A DNA stretch of 64,000 nucleotides from Octopus vulgaris (Eukaryota). The stretch lies in NCBI GenBank assembly GCA_951406725.2, contig OX597823.1:98580001-98644000 (forward strand), in the 5' to 3' direction. Positions within the stretch are counted from its first letter, which is position 1; each line of letters starts with the position of its first letter. The notes beneath the pieces are model-generated. The model did no database searches, had not been told where the DNA came from, and saw nothing but the letters and a program-made list of their open reading frames with translations. Below, one piece after another: positions 54,821 through 64,000 of the stretch. The position numbers and the translations under genes were made by a program.

Positions 54821-55146
54821 CTTTACTCTTACTCTTTTACTTGTTTCAGTCATTTGACTGCGGCCATGCTGGAACACCACCTTTAGTTGAGCAAATCGAC
54901 TCCGGGACTTATTCTTTGTAAGCCCAGTACTTATTCTATCGGTCTCTTTTGCCGAACCGCTATGTGACAGGGACGTAAACACACCAGCATCGGTTGTCAA
55001 GCAATGCTAGGGGACAAACACAGACACACAAACATATATATATATATATATACAATGGGTTTCTTTCAGTTTCCGTCTACCAAATCCACTCGGAACCATG
55101 TGGTTGGTAAGCAAGCTACTTACCACACAGCCACTCCTGTGCCTAT
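54821..55146 (-). mobile_element. SINE family B copy (internal deletion)
   Basis: Closely matches 39635-40027. Confidence 0.85.
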
Positions 55147-55879
55147 ATATATATATATCATTATCAAGGTCATCATCAATATTTTAACATCCACTTTTCC
55201 ATGCTTGTATGATTCAAACAAAACTTGTTAAAGCAAGTTTTCTACAGCTGGATATTCTTCCAGTCACCACCCTTCACCTGCAAGCTAGTATGTACTTTAG
55301 TTCTTCAAATAGTCACAGCCCAATGGCTGGACATAATTTCATGGAATATTACAAACAGTTGATAGCTTTTGTATGAAAGGTGAAATTGTTTGCAAATGGC
55401 ATGAAAGTGTTAAGACAAGGACACACATGCACACACACACACACATATACAATGGTAATGTAGTTTAGAGGTTCACTTGACATTTATGTCATTTCAGGTT
55501 TAGTTCTACTGTGCAGCAACCTAATCACATACTTTCTGTTATATAACCAAAGCCTTATAAATGGATTTAGTTGACATCATATATGTGTGTGTGTGTCTGT
55601 ATTTGTGTGAATAATTTTGTATTTCCTTCATGTCTATGTGTCTGTTTCACTCATTGGTTATAAACAATGACTGCAGATGGTGTCATTTGCTTGCAGTCCA
55701 TTACAAAAGCTTGCCTGGGCTTCTTAGTAAGTCCTGACATGTGCGGAATGAGCCTGACATGTGTGACTTTTGTCAACAAAAGGCTCATTTCGCTGTGTCC
55801 AGGCTTTTTGCTGCTTGATAGCCTTGGAGATTATTGAATGCTTGAAAAGTTCCCTAGAAATGTTAGTTTCTGTTGCGTC

Positions 55880-56790
55880 AGACATCTAATTAACAGTGGA
55901 ATAGGTGTTTAGAGAGCGTGGTAGCTAAAGTAAGAACAGATTGAAAGAAGTTGAAGGAGCTGTGATTTATGCCCTCAACAGAGCACTTCTTAAGGATGAT
56001 GGGCACATTGTGCACGGCATGTCTATGAAATGCAATGTTGCATGAGAGTGAAACGTGGCTCTTGAACAGAAATAATTTGCAGGGACTTGAAACAATTGAA
56101 GCAAGCATGCTTCATTTGATGTGCAATGTAAGTATGCATGAATGATGAAGTATGAAAAAACTGAGAGAGCAACTGAGTATAAGAGGAATCAGATGTAATG
56201 TGCCAGAGAAACGTCTTGTGTGGAAATGTGATACGTCAATGTGTCATCTCCAAATATTCACTTGATATATGGAGTAAGAAGTGGTGCACACTTAAAGTTC
56301 ATGGAACTTGTGGAGGGAATGAATACTGATTGAAAGACATTGCTTCTTGTAGTGGCAGAAAGAGACATGATGATTCATGACACTGGAAAAGATTCATGTA
56401 GCAGTGCAAGCATGGCAAATCAAAAGTTACCAAAATAGTGATGGAGACTGAGACATATATGTTGGTGAACAAGCAAAGCTATGGAATAGTGAGGTCCCAA
56501 AAGTTGTGGCAAGAACAGGAATTTTCCTCAAGTGCTGATGCCACTAATCACTATAAAAGTGGAAGGACATAGAATGTCTCTGGTACTGGTGCTAAGAAAA
56601 CAGCACAGTAGTTGGTGTGAAGAAGGGCATCCAACCATAGAAACCAAGTGAAACTGAAACACAACAATGGAGTCCCATTCTCTGACATGTCTAAATGAGC
56701 AGTACCACTGAGTATGTGCTGATCCTAACTGGCAATTTATCTACCACATGCCAGCAGAGAATGTAGATGTAAAACAATGAAGATGAGAAA
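55880..56790 (+). mobile_element. Degraded RTE-type LINE 3' end plus tail fragment
   Basis: MLHESETW at 56035-56058 (cf. MLYGSETW); gaagggcatccaaccatag tail motif at 56623. Confidence 0.55.
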
Positions 56791-57589
56791 TATGTATGTA
56801 TGCATAAATGTGTATAAATATCCCTCATTAGGCCTCGTTTCCTTTGTAGTAGTAGGTGCATAATAAAATGATGACAATAAGAGATTTTTCACTTTCATTT
56901 TTCAGATGCTATTCTTTTCACTTTTAAGTTTCATATGCCATTGTTTAACTTCCCTGTTATTGTTTTCACTGTAAGTCTATGTTTTCAATCAATATTTACA
57001 AACAAACAATGGCAAATCACTGACTGAAAGAAGTTCACAATTACTGATGTAAGTAAGTTCATAATTTACTGTCAGATGTATCTTCATAAAGTTCACTTCA
57101 ACCTGTACGGTTTTGTGTCTTTCTGTTGTTGACGGTTTCTGGTTCCTTCGATACTGGCTCTTTGGTTCACTGAGTGACTAATTTCGCTTCAACCCATACA
57201 ATACTTTATTTTTCATTAAAATTTTTTATTTACTTTCTGCCCATCATATTAAGAAACATAATTTCCATTACCATAATTTCTGCACAAAATGGAGAAAATG
57301 AAACAAATATGGAGTGGGGAAAATTTCTCAAAAATAACCCCCAATTGTTTTTCCCCCAAATTCCTATGTCCTTGGAATCTATACAGTCCAAGGTATATTT
57401 GCAGACAATTTCATTGGGAGAGCACAGAAATCTGTAGTTATGCCAATTTGTCTACAATGTCAAGGTCAGTCAAAAGAATGCCTCTGTCTAAGGAAAGAGA
57501 GATTGCTGCAGAAAGGGAAGCATACCAAGAAACAGACTGTGCACAACAAAAGTCAGAGCATCTCAAAGTGATGAACAGAGGTATGCACA

Positions 57590-58968
57590 ACTGACAAGGA
57601 ATAGCATCTCCACCACAAAACGAAGAGCAGTTGCAACAGCTCAGAGAAGCAACTTCTATGAAGCAGCTTTCAATTATGATCATTATGCAGATCATTATAC
57701 CGATAATACTAGAGTTTCCATTGGTGCAGTGATAATTGAGTGCATACATTGTAAAGCAAAGAAGTAGTCTGGAGAGACACCTGGACTGTGCTGCAGTGGT
57801 GGAAAGTTTATCCTCCAACCTCCAGAGCCATTGAAGAAACTGTTGCCATCAACTGACCAAGACTCCAAGCACTTCCAAAACAAAATTAGACAATACAATG
57901 CTGCACTACAGATGACATCATTTGGAGACATAAGAAATATAACTGAGCCAGGATTCATACAAACTTTCAAGGTCCAAGGTCAAATTTATCATCGGATTGG
58001 CTTTCTACTACCTCTGTCAAATGAATCACCAAAATCCCTTCAAATATATTTTATGGATGATTCTCAACAAAAAGGCTAAAAGAGGTGCAAGAACATTTAC
58101 GGCATCAGGATGAACATTGTAGTGTCTCTGCAAAAGATGCTGCATAACAACAACAACCTGATCAGAAGCTTCAAGACTGCACTTGAAACAATTCCACATG
58201 ACTCCATCGATTACAAAATAGTTGTCAGATCAGACAAGAAACCATCTGGTCAGCATGGAGGGAGGTTTAATGTGCCAACAACAAATGAAATGGCTGTGCT
58301 TCGGGTTGGGCAAGAACACAACAAGCGTGACATTGTCATCCATCTCAGAGTCAGCATACTGACAGACACAGTCCAACTACAAATGGAAGTTCCCAAAGAT
58401 ACCACACTTCAGGCGCTGTCAAGATGATGAATTCGCTACAAGACTGCTATACAATGAAGTTCCACAATTCCATACCTGGTACCAAAACTGATGGAAAAGA
58501 TGTGCACTTGGAGTACCCACACATCATCTGGGAATCAAGAAAACAGACACACTTGGCAGAGTCTATGTTGTCCATCCCAACAACTCAGAGTGCTTCCATT
58601 ACACCATGTCAAGAGACCCACATCATTTACAGCATTATGTACGGTTGATAGCACAATATGTCGAACATATCGCTAGGCTTTCCGTCTCAGAGGTCTTCTT
58701 GAAAATGATGCACACTGGGATGTCACTCTGAGAGAGGCACAAATGTGCAAGTCTCCTATGCAGCCGAGAAACCTCTTCTCCATCATGGCAACATGATGTC
58801 TTCATTCCAAGGATGCCTCTCATCTCAAGTGATCTTCCCTTTCAGTTCAAGAGACTGCAGTTTTCTGTCAAACTAAGCTTTACAATGTCTATCAACAAAG
58901 CACAAGGTCAATCACTAAAGGTGGTGGGACTTAACCTCCTTCAACCTTGCTTCTCACATGGTCGGCTG

Positions 58969-58970
<2 letters not shown>
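57590..58970 (+). mobile_element. Helitron Rep/Helicase remnant (fragmented, internally deleted)
   Basis: C..C/ETPGLCC..GK zinc finger, FQNKIRQYNAALQMTSFG, FKVQGQIYHRIG, RFNVPTTNEMA, PTSFTALCTVD, GLLENDAHWD, and PIF1-type QFSVKLSFTMSINKAQGQSL..FSHG.LY. Confidence 0.92.
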
Positions 58971-59000
<30 letters not shown>

Positions 59001-59030
59001 AATACATATATGCATGCATACATACATACA

Positions 59031-59062
<32 letters not shown>

Positions 59063-59407
59063 AATATATATAGTTGTCTAATAAGTTTTCATAAGTCAGA
59101 AAAAAAGAGGTGGTTGTATATGAAATAATAAATTAGGAATATTTTCTACAATATAATTGATGCAGTCTGGTAACAGTCAATTCATGAAACTGAATTGTTT
59201 TGTATTGAGAAACCTGCCAAGTCTGAATTGAATTCATAGAATACTATTCCCACTTTTGAAGATAGTTACTGCTTTCCAAATCAACTAACAAGATTTTGGT
59301 TTTCCCAGGGATTTAGTGGAAGACATTTGCCCAAGTTAAACAAACTGTGACTGAACTCGAACCCATGTGATCTTCTAATCATACAGCTATGCCTATGTCT
59401 ACACATC

Positions 59408-59437
59408 TATATATATATATGTGTGTGTGTGTGCATG

Positions 59438-59478
<41 letters not shown>

Positions 59479-59481
59479 GTG

Positions 59482-59544
<63 letters not shown>

Positions 59545-59577
59545 CATATAAAATATATATATATATATATACACAAA

Positions 59578-59631
<54 letters not shown>

Positions 59632-59645
59632 TATATATATATATA
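59408..59645. repeat. Long compound (TA)n/(TG)n microsatellite
   Basis: Direct inspection. Confidence 0.95.
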
Positions 59646-59687
59646 AACAAGTTATATAAGTTTTCAACAGCGATTTAGCACCGACAG

Positions 59688-59874
59688 ACGCCATGATAGA
59701 TCATTAGCTACTACACACATTTTTTTTTCTCTTGTTTTTTTCTGTGTATCTTTCTGTAGAAGAGTGTTGTCTCGAAACGTAAAAGACTTTTTCTATTCCT
59801 GAGTGTTATACTAATACATTTGTTTGTTTGTACACCACCTGCCTTCGTCTTTTGTTTATTTTCGTAAACTTTCC

Positions 59875-59880
<6 letters not shown>
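59688..59880 (+). mobile_element. Fragment of a second hammerhead-bearing repeat family (core mutated CTGTAGA)
   Basis: TCTTT CTGTAGA A GAG tgttgt CTC GAAAC GTA^ AAAGA at 59749-59786, with complementary stem I TCTTT/AAAGA; ends in (TA)n. Confidence 0.6.
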
Positions 59881-59923
<43 letters not shown>

Positions 59924-60085
59924 GGTTTGTTGCCAACTTAATGTGGCAGTCCCAAGAAATGGAAGAATGCTACTGCTATTTAGCCCCAAGAAACACCGTT
60001 TCTACTTGGCTACGTGACACAAATGTGCTGTGACTTTAAGTTTCCAAAGAAGGGAGATAAGCACTTCCACCCAACAAAGCCAGCA

Positions 60086-60125
60086 CCAGAGACTAGTTTC
60101 AGAGAGTTGCCCTTCATCAGTCTGG
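60086..60125 (-). ncRNA. Minimal type I hammerhead ribozyme (intact core)
   Basis: The minus strand reads CCAGA CUGAUGA AGGG caacu CUCU GAAAC UA GUC^ UCUGG. Stem I is CCAGA/UCUGG, the CUGAUGA and GAAA boxes are conserved, stem II is present, palindromic ACUAGU replaces stem III, and the cleavage triplet is GUC. Confidence 0.85.
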
Positions 60126-60419
60126 AGCGCTTGGCTTTGCTAGCTGTCGGTGCTAAATCGCTGTTGAAAACTTATAGCATTTCAAGTGAAATAAATTTAC
60201 TGATCTACAAAATTAGAAATTCTGCATTTCTAAATCTCTCAGAGAGAGTTATGCAGTAGCAGCATGATAAAGTGATGGTTTGTTGCCAACTTAATGTGGC
60301 AGTCCCAGGAAGGGGAAGAATGCTGCTGCTGTTTTGTAGATCAGTGAATTTATTTCATTTGAAATTCTATAAGTTTTCAACAGTGATTTCGCACTGACAG
60401 CTAGCAAAGCCAAGCTACT

Positions 60420-60460
60420 CCAGACTGAGGAAGGGCAACTACTCTGAAACTAGTCTCTGG
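60420..60460 (+). ncRNA. Minimal type I hammerhead ribozyme (second copy, intact core)
   Basis: CCAGA CTGAGGA AGGG caacta CTCT GAAAC TA GTC^ TCTGG; fits CUGANGA...GAAA...NUH. Confidence 0.82.
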
Positions 60461-60658
60461 TGCTGGCTTTGTTGGGTGGAGGTGCTTATCTCCCCTGTTT
60501 GAAAACTTAAGGACACAGAATGCTTGTGTCACGTAGCCAAGTAGAAACGGTGGGGCTAAATAGCAGCAGCATTCTTCCCTTTCCTGGGATTGCCACATTA
60601 AGTAGCTGCTACTGCATAACTCTCTCCAAGAGATTTAGAAATGCAATATTTCAAATTT

Positions 60659-60689
<31 letters not shown>

Positions 60690-62065
60690 ATGCGTATATA
60701 AATGTATGTATATATAATATACGTGTGTGTGTGTGTATGTGTGTGTATATATATATATATGGATGTTTATGTATGTATGTGTGTATTTATATGTATGTAA
60801 GCATATATATGTGTGTGCTTTTGTGAGTATATATGTATGTATAATCAAATAATCACCTACAGTGAATTAGTTCTTAATGTCTTCAGCACAAACCAAAATA
60901 AGGAACTTCATGATATTACTAAAGTCAACTGTAAGTCCTTTAACATCATTACTATTAAATACCACCATCTCTTTGGGAACAGGAGTGAATAACATTCTAT
61001 GAAAAAAATACTGAAAAGAAAAGACGAAATGCAGCTTGCAGTTTCAGAGAAATCAAATTACCATGATATAATAAAATATAATGCCCGTAGACTGCAGGCT
61101 GTTGAAGTTTCACATTGGAGAGTGTCGAAAGGTTTATGGCTGCATTTCTCTCTCAAAAGTTTTTCTTATCATCCATGAAAATCACATAAAAAATGTCTAA
61201 CATGGGATATTTGTAAGCATACATTACAACATAATTAGAGGTCAGCAATGCTCTACTGTGGTAGAGGATTGCTGACCTCTAGTTATGTTTTTTTATGGCT
61301 TGTTGTAAATCCATTTTGGAAAAATACTCCATTTCTCCATTTCTCACAAAGTTTTGTAAATCTGGGTTAGGAAAGTCATTAGAGAGCTTATGGCTGAAAA
61401 GCTTTGAAACAGATGTCTGCAATGAGAAAGGGACCATGCTCATAATCAACTTGGTGACCCCCATATGTCTTATTCATTCTCTCCCATCTCTCTCTTTATA
61501 TGTGTGTGTGTGTGCATGCGTATGTGTGTGTATGTGTGTGTGTGTCCATGAATGTATGTGAGTATGTATATATATGTCCAAGGTGGGGGGTGTCTGGTTT
61601 TGACTGTATGTTTTCACTTATAAGTTGCATGTATCAATTGCATTTGTAGCATGAAACCATTTTATTACCGAATACCGAAACACATATAGCAAATGTAATA
61701 AAGGAATCCAAGTTCACACACACATGCACACACACGCGTGCATACACACACACTCATAATACCACCACCACCAACAACAACACACACCTACATGCAAACA
61801 CACGCAAGCACACACAAAGATGTGCACTCATTTCAAGATGTAGAGTTACTATGTGATTCACAAAGGCAAAGATGGTCAACATTATGCTCAAGGGACAACC
61901 ATAAGTAAACATACATATATGTATGCATATATGCACAAATACATACACACACACACATATATGCATATATATATATATAATTAAATAAGGGTAGAAATTG
62001 ATATTAATCAATTAAAACCAGTGGTCTAGCATATTTTTAAAAAATCCGATTAAAAATTTTTTTAC

Positions 62066-62144
62066 ATGCAAAATTTAGAGGACTGACCGACATCTATATC
62101 TAGCATAAGGGCTGTCTACTTTTAGTGGTCAGTCCTCTAAATTT

Positions 62145-62149
<5 letters not shown>
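62066..62149. repeat. 23-bp inverted repeat next to (TA)n
   Basis: atgcaaaatttagaggactgacc ... ggtcagtcctctaaattttgtat. Confidence 0.85.
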
Positions 62150-62190
<41 letters not shown>

Positions 62191-62623
62191 TGTATATGAT
62201 CTTAGCCTAAAGGCCATACACACACTTATATAACAAAATAAATATAAATGTAAATGTGCCCTTAGTCAGTTTTGATGAAGAGTTGTACTCTAATCAACTG
62301 AAGTACTTGTTTTGTCATTGAGAAGGTAATTCCTTTGATCAAGCAGCTGCATTTCTCATTAAATTACAGCATAAACTGGCAGTGTTTTCCAAAGATCTAT
62401 ATATTCTTAATCTAATTCTCATGCACAATCAATACAAAATACAGAAGTGAGAAAGCTGGCCGTTTGTATTACAGTCAGTGTCTCTTGAACAGTTTACCAC
62501 ACAGTTTCTGTGTCTCCCATTTCATTCCAGTGGCTCTGATCAAAGACACTGATGCATGATGCTATTTAATGAACCCAGACCCTCATGAATACAAAGCAAA
62601 TTTTTTAACCACTCTGCTATGCC

Positions 62624-62659
<36 letters not shown>

Positions 62660-63429
62660 ACAAAACCTCAAAAAATTAGAAACCATTATATAAGCATTAT
62701 CCAAGCATAATAAGATTATCTAGGAAGTAAATCAACCAATATCAATATAAGTAATAACTATAAATCATGAGTCCACAATCACTTTCAGCTTTACGAGAAT
62801 GAAAGACAACTTAGAATAACAATATCCCAAGAAATAAAAAATTCACAAATAAGCATATCAAATATACATTCCCATCATCAGCTGCCAAATGGACATTACT
62901 ATGGTTTCAACACCTGAGCAGTACTACTCAATCCTATGGAGTCAACATCATTAAAACATAATACTGCCTGGAACCAATAGAAATTAGCAGGAGCAAAATG
63001 CTATGTGTGTATGTGTATATCTGTATGTATTTTTATGTGTGTATATATATATATATGTTTGTGCTGATACATATATGTATGTATATATGTATGTTTGTAT
63101 ATCTATGCATAGAATTGTATGCTTACACATGCATTCTCTTACATCCTTATACAGAGACATTTTAGGCATGTAAGCTACTCTGCAAGAGAGGATAATAATA
63201 GTATTATTATTAATTCTTTCCAATCTAGGCAAAAAAAAACGAAACTTTAGAAGAAGAGTTTAGTTGATGAAAACAACCTCGACTGGTGCTTTATTTTATC
63301 AATCATGGAAGAATAACTGACAAAACTGATTTTAACAGGATTTGAACTAAGACTGTAAAAACCCAGAACACAAATAATGTCTGGCATTTTTTCTGATGTT
63401 CTAACAGTTCTACAAAGCCATCATCTTTA

Positions 63430-63479
63430 TGATGATCATGATGATGATGATAGTAGTAATAATGATAATAATAATAATT

Positions 63480-63510
<31 letters not shown>
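63430..63510. repeat. (GAT)n/(AAT)n trinucleotide microsatellite
   Basis: Direct inspection. Confidence 0.9.
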
Positions 63511-64000
63511 AGGGACCCAGATAGTTGCCTTGCAACCACTAGAAGCAATGTATGTTAGAGACTATAAAATAGGTACTTGAAAGATTTACTGTTTAAAAAC
63601 TCACAAAGGCTTTCTCCACCCCTCATTTTTTTCTTTTCTTCCAAACTCAATCATATCGTTTAGTATCTTTATCACTTAAATTGTTTCTCTCTCCCCCATC
63701 ATTTGCCTTCCACTTGTGTAAATTTTTCTTCGGTTCTCTTGAAATTTCACCGTTTAAAAATTTATTTCAAAAAATCATTTCTTAACACTGAACACAGTAA
63801 ATGTTTTATTTTATTTATTTATTAATTTTTATTTGTCTGATCATTAACTTAACTGATTTAAACTATTTGGCCAACAATAATTGAGTGTGAAAGACATTGT
63901 GAGGTTTTTCTCTTCGTTGTTCAGACAATTTGTTCAGGAATTTTTTCTTAATTCCTATATTGGCTTTTTTTAAAAAAATAACTGTAAAAATATTTTTTAA

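Larger units (their letters stand above)
59919..60659. mobile_element. Hammerhead-bearing ~353-nt non-coding repeat (retrozyme / Penelope-dependent type), one minus-strand copy with terminal redundancy plus one inverted circularly permuted copy
   Basis: 59919-59978 is repeated at 60272-60330 (period 353). 60332-60659 is the reverse complement of the same unit starting at a different point. Both ends abut (TA)n. Confidence 0.75.

Noticed and set aside
59379-59694. YI/IY-rich ORFs here and similar short ORFs elsewhere in the track
   Set aside because: These are translations of microsatellites or SINEs, not genes.
62272-62306. TTGATGA AG AGTTG..CAACT GAAG hammerhead-like motif
   Set aside because: Both conserved boxes are mutated and no stem I pairing is found.

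Overview
AT-rich, microsatellite-dense animal genomic DNA, most likely a coleoid cephalopod (octopus-like; inferred from the SINE/microsatellite landscape, not proven). The main feature is the 3' part of a + strand synaptotagmin-like (Slp4/5, bitesize-like) gene. It has a ~9.5-kb phase-1/phase-1 giant exon (11446-20987) built from 627-bp, 654-bp and 75-bp internal repeats, with a single-base frameshift at ~17655. Eight small GT-AG exons follow, encoding a linker and the tandem C2A/C2B domains, with the stop at 40324. The upstream exons were not found in this window. Introns and the downstream region carry tRNA-derived SINEs, RTE- and CRE-like LINE remnants, mariner and Helitron relics, TTAA-flanked MITEs and long hairpins. 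The most unusual signal is a cluster of short non-coding repeats carrying minimal type I hammerhead ribozyme cores (52.4-60.7 kb). One is a ~353-nt unit present in two different circular permutations with intact cores (retrozyme-like). Another joins a tRNA-like Pol III head to a hammerhead-bearing tail. All of this was read by eye; no searches were run.
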